This document shows, piece by piece, positions 18,244-28,698 of a stretch of DNA of 64,000 nucleotides (positions are counted from its first letter, which is position 1; every line of letters starts with the position of its first letter). The DNA is from Desulforhopalus sp. Lineage in GTDB: Bacteria > Desulfobacterota > Desulfobulbia > Desulfobulbales > Desulfocapsaceae. The stretch is from assembly GCA_047622095.1 (NCBI GenBank), contig JBLHNU010000011.1, positions 41,428 through 105,427 of the forward strand. The letters run 5' to 3'. The notes beneath the pieces are model-generated. The model did not search any database. It was not told where the DNA came from and worked only from the letters and a program-made list of their open reading frames with translations. A program made the position numbers and the translations under genes.

Positions 18244-21200
18244 CTAATTCTTCACACACCAAGCATAGGCATTTCTAAACATCTGCATCCAGGGAGAGAC
18301 CTGAAGATCTTTCATCTCTTCTGGAAGATAATGTGCCTGCCATGGTAAAAAGACTCTCTCGGGATGTGGCATCAGAGCAAGATGTCTACCATCGCTTGAG
18401 CAAAGTCCCGCCAATCCACCAACAGAACCATTAGGGTTAAACGGATATTTTTCAGTGGTCTGCCCCTCATCATCCACATAGACCATCGGTGTCATACCGT
18501 TCTTGACTACTTTCTCCATAACGGCTGCATCAGGGAAGTGTAAGCGTCCTTCGCCGTGGTCAACATGAATACCAAAGACAAGGTCTTCCATACCCTTTAG
18601 CATCATTGCATTACTCTTCTGCACTTTGACCGTTGACCATCTCGATTCAAATCTGCCTGAGATGTTCTTTACAAAGCGAGGTTGCTTTTCTGGAGCAATA
18701 CCTGTCTCTGGAATCCATCCAAGCAATCCAAAGAGCTGACAACCGTTGCAGATTCCAAGAGTAAAGGTATCTGGTCGCTCGTAAAATTCTGTGAACATCT
18801 TTTTCAATCGTGGATTAAAGAGGATGGTCGCTGCCCATCCTTTGGCTGACTCCGGCACATCCGCGTAGGAAAACCCTCCTACTGCTGCAAGGCCTCTGAA
18901 ACCCTCAAGATTAACAGTTCCTTCCAGAAGATCATTCATACAAATATCCCAGGGTTCAAAACCCGCAGAATAAAAAGCTGACGTCATCTCTCGGTCTGAA
19001 TTAGATCCCTCATCGCGCAAAATCGCAATTTTTGGTTTGTTGGCTTGGGCAAGCAGCTCTTTAGGAGCAGGCTCTGGTGTAAAAGTTAGATTATAGGAAG
19101 GACCTTTTCTTGAATAAATTGCCGCTTTTTCTTCATCGGCGCAAGCTGGGTTTACCTGGAGCTTTTCGAGCTGGTATGATGTTTCTTCCCACCAACTTCG
19201 CAGAACAACCAGCTCTTCATCTACGACCTTCTCACCATTATAGCTCACCGTAATATTTCCAGTAGCAGTTGAGTGACCAAGCTGCACTGCGTTAATGCCA
19301 TGACCCTTTAAGACGTCTGTCACCTCAGTGAGTTTGTCAGCATCACACTCAACCACCAGCCCAAGCTCTTCTGAAAACAGTTTTTCAAATACACTACAAT
19401 CACCTTCAAGGCTGATATCGAGACCACAATTACCACTAAAGGCCATTTCCAGAAGCGTTGTGATCAATCCACCATCACTTCGATCGTGCCCTGAACGTAT
19501 GAGTCCATTCTCAATCAGTTCCTGAACAGCAAGAAAACCGTTTTTCAAAAGCTTTCCATCATCAACATTAGGACAGAGATTACCCATTTGTTGCAACACA
19601 TGACCAAGAGAGGTGCCGCCTAAGCGATTCTTACCTCCACTTAGGTCAATAAAGAGCAATGGTGAGCCAACGTTTTTAATATCCGGATTGACAACTTTCA
19701 AGATATCAGGCGCAGCAGCGTAGGCGGAGACAACGAGCTCACGGGGAGACTTAACCATTTCGTCCCCAACCATTGTTGCCATGGAAAGACTATCCTTGCC
19801 TCCATCTACCGCCATGCCGACATCTATCATCACATCGCGCATTGCAGCAGCAGCGTCATACATTGCGGCACCTTCGCCGGAAAGTTTCGGAGCCCACATC
19901 CAATTCGCCGAACACTTCACCTGGTCAAGGGCTTCAATTTTGCACCAAACAAGATTTGTAAGACACTCACCCACCGCCATCCTGGCACCTGCAGCAGGAT
20001 CAACCAGCATTTTAATAGACTGCTCTCCAATGGCCGTTGCAATTCCGGTTCTACCAAAGTGACTCTGGGCCACAACCGCAACATTTCCCACAGTGAGCTG
20101 TAGAGGTCCACAACACTGCTGGTTGACAACAAGTCCAGTTACAGCACGGTCGACCTTGTTTGTGAGAAACCTCTTGGAGCCAACGGAGACGAGTCTTAGC
20201 ACGTCACGCAATGCTGACATCACAGTCAGGTCGGCAGGAATGGCCATTGGCTTACCACCAAGGGGACGGCGATTATCTTCAAAGGTTTTCTGAGGTATTT
20301 CTCCTAAAAGAACCGGTAAATCGATATCCACAGGAGTCGTATTGTCGTTGGAATCCCGAACGACAAAACGAAGATCTCCGGTGACCTCACCTAAAATCTC
20401 ACAACCAACCTTTTCCCGGTTGCAAATAGCTTGAAAGCCATCAATATTTTCAGGCCTGATAAGAAAACCCGTTCGCTCCTGATATTCGGCAACGTAGAGT
20501 TCCAATACTGACATGGTCGGATCACCCACGCGGATATTGCGAATCTGTACCCAACCGCCAGATTTTTCCACCAATTCTTTTAGTACATTTGCTGGGCCAC
20601 CTGCGCCCTGATCATGAATGACATCGATAAGAGTCTTATCCCCCATCTCGTTACAGGCGCGGATGACACGGTTCATCTTCTGTTCCATCTCCGCATCACC
20701 ACGCTGCACCGCGTTAAAGTCAAGACTCGATTCATTTTCACCCTGCAGCATTGAGGAGGCAGCACCTCCTCCAAAACCAACTCGGTAGGCGGGACCGCCA
20801 ACCTGAACGATGATCATACCCTTTTCTTCGGTTTCTTTTTCGATATGTCGGTTGTCCAGCTGCCCTACGCCAGCTGTGAACATGATCGGCTTCAGAAAGC
20901 CCCAACGCTCACCGTTTTCAAGGCGCATATCAAAGGATCTGGTAAAACCCTGAATAAGTGGTTCGCCAAATTTATTACCGTAATCAGAGGCACCATTACT
21001 GGCTTCAACTTCAATTTCCAGTGGTGAGGCGAGATTATCAGGAGTTGGGTAGTTATTTTCCCACGGCAGGTCGTATCCGGGAATATTGAGATTTCCAACA
21101 CAATATCCGGCGGTTCCAGCAATGACAAAACCGCCCTTTCCTGTACCCTGTACGTCACGAATCCTTCCACCAGTTCCTGTTTCTGCACCTGGAAACGGCG

Positions 21201-22047
21201 CAACGCCTGTTGGGAAGTTATGGGTTTCTGCTGTTAAAAGAGGGTTGTATGTCACCTTCACTGGAACAAAAGGGGAAGGTGTGCCCGGCGCAGCTGGAAT
21301 AATTGTATCTATCTCATAGCCATCTATAACACTGGAATTATCCTTAAAAGCAATAAGAGACCCTTTAGGACTTGCAGTAAGCGTCTCTGTAACAATTTCA
21401 AACAAGGTCCCGTCCATCTCCTGCCCATCAATAATCTGCTTTCCTTTAAAAAAGCCGTGGCGGGAGTGTTCAGAGTTTGCATTATTGAGATCCATAATCT
21501 CAACGATTGTTGGATTGCGCTTCTGCTGCTTTACAAAATAATCGTAGTATAAATTACGATCCCATTCATCCATTGAGATTCCGGGGAGTTCATTTAAACC
21601 ATCAGGCCCTTTTGTTATAAGATCAACCTCATAAACGGTCTCTGGAACGACTCCGGTTGCAAAGGTGGTAAGAGATTCCGGATAGTGGCACTCCGTCATG
21701 CGGTCATGATTGTTGTCAATAAATTGGTTTAGATCTTCATCATCAGGTACGAGATAGCGTCTGGACCTTTCAACGCGACTGATCATATCAAGTCCCGTTG
21801 CTTTGCAAATGGAAACCATATTGGAAGACCAGGCGGTCGCAAAATTCATCCTGGGACCAACTTCAACGACCCTGTCTCCAATCAAAACTGGAGTTTCCTG
21901 TACGGTTTCAACCAGCAGTCCATCGGCTAGTATGAGACGCAGACGTGTCAGTTCATCCTGGGTCAAACGACGATTTGACTCAACGTTAAAACAATAAGCT
22001 CTGCTTTCATCAATCTTCCGATACAGTTGTGTGACTGTCACACCCAT
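18244..22047 (-). CDS. purL: Phosphoribosylformylglycinamidine synthase, large single-chain form
   Basis: NSEHSRH, ETHNFPT, GAETGTGGRIRD, HDQGAGG, DGGKDSLSM, HDRSDGG, GGFSYAD, LGICNGCQ and MPHPER. Start placed at the ATG after SD AAGGA (ORF track start 22083). Confidence 0.98.
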   Translation of the reverse strand: MGVTVTQLYRKIDESRAYCFNVESNRRLTQDELTRLRLILADGLLVETVQETPVLIGDRVVEVGPRMNFATAWSSNMVSICKATGLDMISRVERSRRYLVPDDEDLNQFIDNNHDRMTECHYPESLTTFATGVVPETVYEVDLITKGPDGLNELPGISMDEWDRNLYYDYFVKQQKRNPTIVEIMDLNNANSEHSRHGFFKGKQIIDGQEMDGTLFEIVTETLTASPKGSLIAFKDNSSVIDGYEIDTIIPAAPGTPSPFVPVKVTYNPLLTAETHNFPTGVAPFPGAETGTGGRIRDVQGTGKGGFVIAGTAGYCVGNLNIPGYDLPWENNYPTPDNLASPLEIEVEASNGASDYGNKFGEPLIQGFTRSFDMRLENGERWGFLKPIMFTAGVGQLDNRHIEKETEEKGMIIVQVGGPAYRVGFGGGAASSMLQGENESSLDFNAVQRGDAEMEQKMNRVIRACNEMGDKTLIDVIHDQGAGGPANVLKELVEKSGGWVQIRNIRVGDPTMSVLELYVAEYQERTGFLIRPENIDGFQAICNREKVGCEILGEVTGDLRFVVRDSNDNTTPVDIDLPVLLGEIPQKTFEDNRRPLGGKPMAIPADLTVMSALRDVLRLVSVGSKRFLTNKVDRAVTGLVVNQQCCGPLQLTVGNVAVVAQSHFGRTGIATAIGEQSIKMLVDPAAGARMAVGECLTNLVWCKIEALDQVKCSANWMWAPKLSGEGAAMYDAAAAMRDVMIDVGMAVDGGKDSLSMATMVGDEMVKSPRELVVSAYAAAPDILKVVNPDIKNVGSPLLFIDLSGGKNRLGGTSLGHVLQQMGNLCPNVDDGKLLKNGFLAVQELIENGLIRSGHDRSDGGLITTLLEMAFSGNCGLDISLEGDCSVFEKLFSEELGLVVECDADKLTEVTDVLKGHGINAVQLGHSTATGNITVSYNGEKVVDEELVVLRSWWEETSYQLEKLQVNPACADEEKAAIYSRKGPSYNLTFTPEPAPKELLAQANKPKIAILRDEGSNSDREMTSAFYSAGFEPWDICMNDLLEGTVNLEGFRGLAAVGGFSYADVPESAKGWAATILFNPRLKKMFTEFYERPDTFTLGICNGCQLFGLLGWIPETGIAPEKQPRFVKNISGRFESRWSTVKVQKSNAMMLKGMEDLVFGIHVDHGEGRLHFPDAAVMEKVVKNGMTPMVYVDDEGQTTEKYPFNPNGSVGGLAGLCSSDGRHLALMPHPERVFLPWQAHYLPEEMKDLQVSPWMQMFRNAYAWCVKN

Positions 22048-22375
22048 GATATTTTCCTTTATATTTAAACGCATTATAAACAAAGATTGGACTGTTGTGC
22101 ATGTAAGCGGTGAACATTCCGGACTGGTAAATTTCTTTGCTGCAGTATGATCGTGGTTACTGACTTATGGCGCGTATAGTAGCATTATTCCCTCAAAATT
22201 TCTCCATGAATTTGTTCTTCTTAAGGTTTTTTTAGGTTATAACAGTCCATACTGCAATGAAATTGATTGGCTATTCTTTTCGTAATTTAGACTGAAATGG
22301 AAAGGCAGCAACGATGTTAACACGCACAAGCAGTATCTCAGTACCCACTCTCAAACGTATCTTTTCCTTAAGGTT

Positions 22376-24052
22376 ATGACTTTGGATGATAACAACCAAC
22401 GAGAACTGCAAGATAAAACAAACCTGCTAGAAAAAGAGTGTACTCAATTACGTCACAATCTGGGTGCTGCAGAAAAACAGATTACCTCTCTACAAAAACA
22501 CACTACAGCCACCGCTGCACTTCTGCAGGAGACCAACGATAAGCTGCGTTTTTTTCATGAACAAAAGCGCCGAGAAGATCTATCTAAATCAGATTTTCTG
22601 GCAAACATGAGTCATGAGATAAGAACGCCACTGAATATAATCCTCGGCATGGCACATCTTCTCGAGGAAACACCACTTACCACCCCACAATTACAGTATC
22701 TCAACAGTCTCAGAGTAACAGGGCAGCAGTTGATGGAAATTCTCAACAACATTCTCGAGTTTTCCAGAATTGAAGCCGGTAAAATCGCCTTTGAACCGGA
22801 ACCGTTCAGCCTGCAAAAAATCATAAATCAAATTGAAGCGTCTGCGCTGCCACTGTGTCTTCCCAAACGACTCGAATTCGTTGTCAACTATGATCCATTA
22901 CTTGTTATGGAAAGAGTCGGAGATTCACTTAAGATATTTCAGATCCTACTTAACCTTGTTAATAACGCGGTAAAATTTACGAAATCAGGGACCATAATTC
23001 TCAGTATTGAGGAAAATCCTGATCAGAAAGAAAATCTTATTTTAAGGGTTCAGGATACTGGAATCGGAATCTCCAGGGATCAGCAAAAAATCATTTTTGA
23101 CCGATTCACCCAGGCCAATGAATCTCTTTCAGAACAGCACGGAGGGGCAGGTCTGGGGCTTGCTATTAGCCAAAAGCTAACAGAAACCATGAGAGGCAAC
23201 CTTACAGTTAGCTCCCGCTTTGGTCACGGCTCGACCTTTACCTGCAGCCTTCCACTCCAACAAGTTATTGCCTCTGAAAGACCAAAAATCCGTTTTAACA
23301 CACACCTCATTCTTCCAGAGAACTTCCCACAATTGAGTGTTCTTGCTGTAGATGACATCAAAGAAAACCTCGAAGTTATACAGCTCTACCTCAAAGATTA
23401 TCCGATAGACATTCATACCGCTCAGGATGGACAAGATGCGCTTCTAAAACTTGATTCGGTAACATTTGACATGGTGTTGATGGATATTCGTATGCCAGTA
23501 ATGGATGGGATTACTGCAACCAAGACCATTCGAAAAAAAGAGAGAGGGACAGACGATCCAGCAATCATTATTGCAATAACGGCTCATGCATTCCAGGAAC
23601 AGACAAACAAATTTTTAAAACTAGGATTTGACGGTGTTCTGACTAAGCCTTTTTCTAAACGTGATCTTATCCAAGCCTTAGTGAGATACACCTCAAAACA
23701 GCTGGTTGAACCGCCACCCTCCGAGATGGGGAATAAGGCCATCGGCTACTGTCTGGAAAATGAGAAGGCTGAAGATATTCCAGACAGTCTAACCGAGCTC
23801 CTCCCACAGATATTTCAGACAATCACAACAGATTTCAATGTTATTAAAGAGGCACTTGCTGACAAGAATCACCCTGACGTTTACAGCACCTGCCACGCTC
23901 TCACGGGGGTGTGTGGGATGTTCGGGTTCAGACGCCTTGCCACGCTATTTGTAGATCTTTCAAGCAATGTGAAGGCTCAGAATTACATCCTCGCTGATGA
24001 ACTCATTGCTGCTCTTGAGATGTATCTTTTACAATTACAAAAGCCTCAATAA
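22376..24052 (+). CDS. Cytoplasmic hybrid histidine kinase (coiled coil-HisKA-HATPase-REC-Hpt)
   Basis: FLANMSHEIRTPLN, NLVNNAVKFT, DTGIGI, GAGLGLAI, MDIRMPVMDG and Hpt CHALTGVCG. No TM segment or recognisable sensor domain. Confidence 0.92.
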   Translation: MTLDDNNQRELQDKTNLLEKECTQLRHNLGAAEKQITSLQKHTTATAALLQETNDKLRFFHEQKRREDLSKSDFLANMSHEIRTPLNIILGMAHLLEETPLTTPQLQYLNSLRVTGQQLMEILNNILEFSRIEAGKIAFEPEPFSLQKIINQIEASALPLCLPKRLEFVVNYDPLLVMERVGDSLKIFQILLNLVNNAVKFTKSGTIILSIEENPDQKENLILRVQDTGIGISRDQQKIIFDRFTQANESLSEQHGGAGLGLAISQKLTETMRGNLTVSSRFGHGSTFTCSLPLQQVIASERPKIRFNTHLILPENFPQLSVLAVDDIKENLEVIQLYLKDYPIDIHTAQDGQDALLKLDSVTFDMVLMDIRMPVMDGITATKTIRKKERGTDDPAIIIAITAHAFQEQTNKFLKLGFDGVLTKPFSKRDLIQALVRYTSKQLVEPPPSEMGNKAIGYCLENEKAEDIPDSLTELLPQIFQTITTDFNVIKEALADKNHPDVYSTCHALTGVCGMFGFRRLATLFVDLSSNVKAQNYILADELIAALEMYLLQLQKPQ

Positions 24053-24053
24053 A

Positions 24054-24246
24054 TGAGTCTGTTGATTTACTTGGATTTCGAAGTCTACGCTATCTGGTTC
24101 GAGATCAGGTAAGCGAAGACTCCGAGGCATACGAAAAAAATAACCACAGGCATATATTTGATATCGGAGTCTGCGCTTACCTCCGAGGATTATTTTTTTC
24201 TTAAAACGAAAATATCGGGGCAAAAGGCAGTAAATCAACGGGCTCA
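24054..24246. mobile_element. 193-bp MITE-like palindromic element
   Basis: Terminal inverted repeats TGAGTCTGTTGATTTACT / AGTAAATCAACGGGCTCA (16/18), flanking TAAA direct repeat (24050-53 and 24247-50), and an inner 17/18 inverted pair GGTAAGCGAAGACTCCGA (24108-25) / TCGGAGTCTGCGCTTACC (24164-81). Confidence 0.7.
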
Positions 24247-24250
24247 TAAA

Positions 24251-24646
24251 TTACATCCGACTAAGAATCATATGCTCCAGATTGGGGCCCACTTTTTTCC
24301 AGTCGACACAGGGACGACTGAATCCTTTCACCTCGATAAGAGGGCATCCAAATGCCGCATCATCTACGTACACTTCCCCGTAGGCCTTGGGACTATTGGT
24401 CCAGGAATCCTGAGTCGGATTCCTGTTCACACCGTATAAAGTCACTCCATTTTTCTCTATATAATCAACCGCTTCCTGTAGTACATTACGATCTTTCAAG
24501 CCATCGCCACGCATAGTAAAAAGGATTATCTTAGCACCATATCTTTGTAGCTTTTTTAACCACTTCACCGCATCTGGGACCGGCTTACCTATATCAGGAT
24601 ACCTGTGATCCACGAGGGTCCCGTCAAAATCAACACATATGTACAT
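24251..24646 (-). CDS. Small HAD-superfamily hydrolase (BT0820-like)
   Basis: CVDFDGTL (DxD motif I), IILFTMR, K.YGEVYVDD (motifs III/IV). Confidence 0.8.
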   Translation of the reverse strand: MYICVDFDGTLVDHRYPDIGKPVPDAVKWLKKLQRYGAKIILFTMRGDGLKDRNVLQEAVDYIEKNGVTLYGVNRNPTQDSWTNSPKAYGEVYVDDAAFGCPLIEVKGFSRPCVDWKKVGPNLEHMILSRM

Positions 24647-24802
24647 TCATTTCTCCAAAAAAATATCATTCGATCTTCTGCGAGTATATTGTATATACAC
24701 CCATTAGTAGTTTACAAGACCAGCGACCTTAAAGTCCAATAAAGGTGCCCTGAAAGAAAATACTCTCGGGGGTGCAGACCAGCCTCAAGCCCGGAATAAG
24801 AG

Positions 24803-26002
24803 ATGACAATACCGTATAAGTTTAACCGGATGGAATTTTCTGGATCTCTTGGAGACCTAGGTACACTGCTTCCACTCACCATGGGAATGATAATGGTAAA
24901 TGGAATGTCCACCACCGGAGTATTTTTCACAATAGGCCTGTTTTACATCTGTTCTGGACTTTACTTTGGAGTCCCGGTGCCTGTACAACCAATGAAGGCC
25001 ATAAGCAGTTACGCCATAGCTACAGGTGTATCGGCTTCACAGATTAGTGGGGCTGCTGCGCTTACCTGCCTATTGCTTTTTATCATTGGAATTTCCGGTA
25101 GCATTAATCTCATTGGCAAAATTGTACCCAAATCTGTCATAAGGGGGATACAACTCTCCACGGGGACCCTTCTCATGATGCAGGGGATACGACTCATCAC
25201 GGGGCAATCGTCTCAGCAACTTGCCGCAGGTTCAGGCGAACCTTTTTTCAATATCGTAAGTTTTGGTCCTGTTCCTGTTGGTATATGCTTTGGGATAGTA
25301 GGCACCCTCATCGTACTTACTCTTATGCACAATAAAAAATATCCTGCCGCTCTAGTACTTATAGCAACCGGATTTATTACAGGCCTCCTATTCGCAAAAC
25401 CGGGAACACTGGCAGAGATGACTCTCGGCTTCCAATTACCGGAACTGCTCCCCTTCGGGTTACCGACTCAACCGGATCTTGTCATCGCCTTTTTTGTACT
25501 GGTACTCCCACAACTCCCCATGACTATTGGCAATGCAATAATTGCCAATGCAGATCTATCTAAGGAATATTTTGGAGAGAAATCTCACAAGGTAACTTAC
25601 AAAACGACCACATTGAGTATGGCTTTTGCAAACGGGATCTGTTTTCTTTTAGGAGGGATTCCTCTGTGTCATGGGGCGGGAGGCCTTGCAGCCCACTATA
25701 AATTCGGAGCACGAACAGGAGGCTCCAATATCATCATTGGGGCAATTTTTCTCTGTACAGCTCTCTTTCTTGGTCACCATGCACTATCTATCTTACACCT
25801 GTTACCGCTTTCTATCCTTGGCGTTTTGCTGGTTTTTGCAGGAGGTCAACTCAGTCTCTCCATTATTGATATGATGGCACGCAAAGAACTGTTCGTCATA
25901 GTGCTCATCCTCTCAATCACCCTCACAACAAATCTTTCCTGGGGCTTTGCAGTAGGCCTCATTACAGCCCATTTACTCAATAAAAAACAACTTTCTATTT
26001 GA
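24803..26002 (+). CDS. MOT1-family molybdate/sulfate transporter
   Basis: EFSGSLGDLGTLLP, PVPVQPMKAI, PQLPMTIGNA and PLCHGAGGLAAHYKFGARTG are MOT1 signature repeats. Highly hydrophobic. Confidence 0.9.
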   Translation: MTIPYKFNRMEFSGSLGDLGTLLPLTMGMIMVNGMSTTGVFFTIGLFYICSGLYFGVPVPVQPMKAISSYAIATGVSASQISGAAALTCLLLFIIGISGSINLIGKIVPKSVIRGIQLSTGTLLMMQGIRLITGQSSQQLAAGSGEPFFNIVSFGPVPVGICFGIVGTLIVLTLMHNKKYPAALVLIATGFITGLLFAKPGTLAEMTLGFQLPELLPFGLPTQPDLVIAFFVLVLPQLPMTIGNAIIANADLSKEYFGEKSHKVTYKTTTLSMAFANGICFLLGGIPLCHGAGGLAAHYKFGARTGGSNIIIGAIFLCTALFLGHHALSILHLLPLSILGVLLVFAGGQLSLSIIDMMARKELFVIVLILSITLTTNLSWGFAVGLITAHLLNKKQLSI

Positions 26003-26116
26003 TATCTTACTCATAAACATCTGTCATAAAGCACCCAAAAACACAATACATTCAAAACAAATAACGAAAACACCGTAACATGGAACATATCCCGGCCTGT
26101 TTCCCGTCTACTGGAG

Positions 26117-27991
26117 TTAGCCCAGTGCAATAGTTGCCATGTCAATTCCTGCTAACCCCACAAAAACAAAACTGTACAGTGAGACCAAAAACATGGAACC
26201 CAACAGAAAAACACATGGAAGATTCGCCAGTTTTGCTCTCATCTGATAAACAAACATAGACAACATTGCCACGATGGGAAGAAGATATCGTCCCTGTGCC
26301 TGGAAATCAGCTGTCCAGGATGAATAACATGCTGCTGCCATCAGAAGTATCGCACTTCCAACAGTGATACATAAAAGAGACCCTCCCTCCCATCCACCAT
26401 TTTTAATGGTAAAAAATGTAATTACCAAAAACACGATAACCGCAAGGTAACGCACAAGATCGTAGTAACCGTAAGATGCTGCAACAGATGTATATCCATA
26501 CTCCCCAAAGGAAGTGCGAAAAATTTTCTCACCCCACATATGGTCTATAAGAATCTTTTTGAGCGTATCCCCCCTGTCTCTCAGCTGTAACAAAGGGAAT
26601 TTTTGCTCAAGTGGCGTACTCGGTTTAAACGAGAAGCCAGCATACATTTCCCGCGCCTCCATAATTTTTTCGCTCTTTTGAAAATCATTTATCGAGCTAT
26701 CGACAACTCGGACTCCAACAAAAACAGAGATGCCCATCAGAGCAATTACAGCCACACGAGCTAGTATGGATGTGTTAAAAGCGGTCTTTTTATACCAAAG
26801 CCTCCAGAGAAAATAGCAGAGCATATAAATACCGAAAAAGTAGAAATTAACTTTCAGCAATAAAAGTACCCCCAAGAGGATCGCAATACCTGGAAGTTTC
26901 CACCATAAACAACTGGACCCGTCTGTAGTAAGAAACCTATTCCAGGTGGACTCCTCCACCACCATCTGATAGGCAATGAGAAGAATCACCACCATGGCAA
27001 AACCTTCTGAGTTAAAATAACTAAAGATGTACCAGATCTGAGGGGATAGCAGCAAAGGCAATAGAAGCGGGCGAAACGATTTTTTATATGCTCCAAAAAG
27101 TAGAAGAAAGGCAAACAGCGTTACATTAAAATAGCGAAGAACACGGTACTCAGGCAGCTGTAATGGTTCAAAGAATTTAGCAAATTTACCTGCGAAAAAA
27201 TACGATATCTCTCCTGAATTAAGTCGAGACATCCCATATACGCTATAGGTATGAGCCACAGCCGGATCGCCAATCTGGGGAGGAATATTATGGTCCATAT
27301 AATACTTAGCAGCACTCACATGCACCCCTTCATCAGGGTGTTGGTTGTAGGTACTTAAACTGGCCATAACTGCAACCAAGGTAAGAACGATAAGTCCTGC
27401 AAAGATAACAAAACGAAACTCTGTAAAGATCGCTTCCGAAGCATAGGCAAGGGCAAAAGCAAAAAGTACAAGAGCCACGATCCTTATCAATTGTCCGGCA
27501 GCTATATTTTCTGGTTGTAAAGAAGGGAGCGTATAAAACAGATTAGGATCCTGGGATGAGGGTTTCACCATAAACCCTTTTTTTGTGTAAGAAAAATCGG
27601 CAATTCCTCCACCTACTTCAAGCTTTTCAAACTGTTTCTTTGAATGAATACGTACAGGTGCAAAACCGAGCTGTGTAATAACAAGGGATTGAACCTGCAC
27701 ATTGGCAATTTCCTCAGAGGTATCAATGCGTATCTCTTGTATCTTCTTCAGATTTGCCAACCGTATGGAATACTTTTCTTGGCCCGGCTTAATCAAAACT
27801 TCTACCACGCGATTTTCAGACCAACTTCTCGTTGAGTCACTATAATAAATCTTGAATTTTGTTCTGTTGTCTGTGACTACCTGTAAATCGACTACGGCAA
27901 GACTTGTCACCAAAAAATGATACAAAGCAATAAATATGAGAGAAAGTGATACCCCTCGAAAAATAGTCTTAAGATTATTCACGTGCGCCAT
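26117..27991 (-). CDS. DUF2142/GT-C-like polytopic membrane protein, paralog 1
   Basis: N-terminal anchor plus soluble beta-rich domain, then HPDEGVH, about 10 TMs and QAQGRYLLP. PDE..H and QGRY are typical of GT-C-fold glycosyltransferase-like proteins. Start set at MAHV (ORF track 28036). Confidence 0.7.
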   Translation of the reverse strand: MAHVNNLKTIFRGVSLSLIFIALYHFLVTSLAVVDLQVVTDNRTKFKIYYSDSTRSWSENRVVEVLIKPGQEKYSIRLANLKKIQEIRIDTSEEIANVQVQSLVITQLGFAPVRIHSKKQFEKLEVGGGIADFSYTKKGFMVKPSSQDPNLFYTLPSLQPENIAAGQLIRIVALVLFAFALAYASEAIFTEFRFVIFAGLIVLTLVAVMASLSTYNQHPDEGVHVSAAKYYMDHNIPPQIGDPAVAHTYSVYGMSRLNSGEISYFFAGKFAKFFEPLQLPEYRVLRYFNVTLFAFLLLFGAYKKSFRPLLLPLLLSPQIWYIFSYFNSEGFAMVVILLIAYQMVVEESTWNRFLTTDGSSCLWWKLPGIAILLGVLLLLKVNFYFFGIYMLCYFLWRLWYKKTAFNTSILARVAVIALMGISVFVGVRVVDSSINDFQKSEKIMEAREMYAGFSFKPSTPLEQKFPLLQLRDRGDTLKKILIDHMWGEKIFRTSFGEYGYTSVAASYGYYDLVRYLAVIVFLVITFFTIKNGGWEGGSLLCITVGSAILLMAAACYSSWTADFQAQGRYLLPIVAMLSMFVYQMRAKLANLPCVFLLGSMFLVSLYSFVFVGLAGIDMATIALG

Positions 27992-28419
27992 ATATTCTCT
28001 CTCGGATTTAGGGCCATACTCCTGAAAACCTGTCACTCTTTTTAGTACGCCCTTGGAGTCTGTCGCTTACCTGAGGTGTATAAAAAACCAAGAAATCTGG
28101 AGATTGTATTGAAATTATAAATGTAAAGTTACCTTCAATGCACTTCTCCCAGCTTACTTCTCATTTACCGGGATTAGTCAAAAATCTCTATCTACTTCGT
28201 ATTCATTCGATCCAGTTAACCCTGAGGCTTTACATACCACCGAAGTCTTGCATACGTAAAATGCGAAAACAATTTAACTCTTTAAAAGAGTACATTACGT
28301 TCATGATACTTATTTTAAAAAGCACCTGCATAAGTATTATTTTCTCATATTTGCTACCCTTCGGGACTTGCAAGTCCACCGAGTGGGCTTTGTTAGCGAA
28401 GCTCTGGAGTATATTGTTG

Positions 28420-28673
28420 TTTCTCTGTATAGCTCTCTTTCGAAAGTCACCATGCACTTTCACTCATCCGCCTGCTACCTTTTTCTTCTTGGTGTCCTTC
28501 TTGTTTTCGCCGGTGGTCAGCTCAACCTCTCCATTATTGATAAGATGGCACGTTAGGAATTGTTCGTCATAATAGGTATCCTCTCAATCACCCTTACGAC
28601 AAATCTTTCCTGAGGCTTTGCAGTAGGCCTCATCACAGCTCATTTACTCCAGACAAAGAAATTTTCAATTTAA
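28420..28673 (+). pseudogene. Degenerate duplicate of the 3' 255 bp of the MOT1 gene
   Basis: Aligns by eye to 25748-26002 (e.g. CTCTCCATTATTGATA, CTCTCAATCACCCT, ACAAATCTTTCCT, GGCTTTGCAGTAGGCCTCAT). Has a frameshift and in-frame TAG (was AAA) and TGA (was TGG). Confidence 0.9.
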
Positions 28674-28698
28674 GCAGACGTGTCACCAGTGGAGAAAA

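Noticed and set aside
22084-22375. ZTP (pfl) or other purine riboswitch upstream of purL
   Set aside because: Only an isolated AACCACG matches; the GACUGGCGG and CGCCUGGGC elements are absent.
28138-28572. 144-aa plus-strand ORF and neighbouring 28368..28556 and 28230..28463 ORFs as real genes
   Set aside because: They are mosaics of the unidentified insert and the frameshifted MOT1 duplicate, and are explained by the duplication scar.
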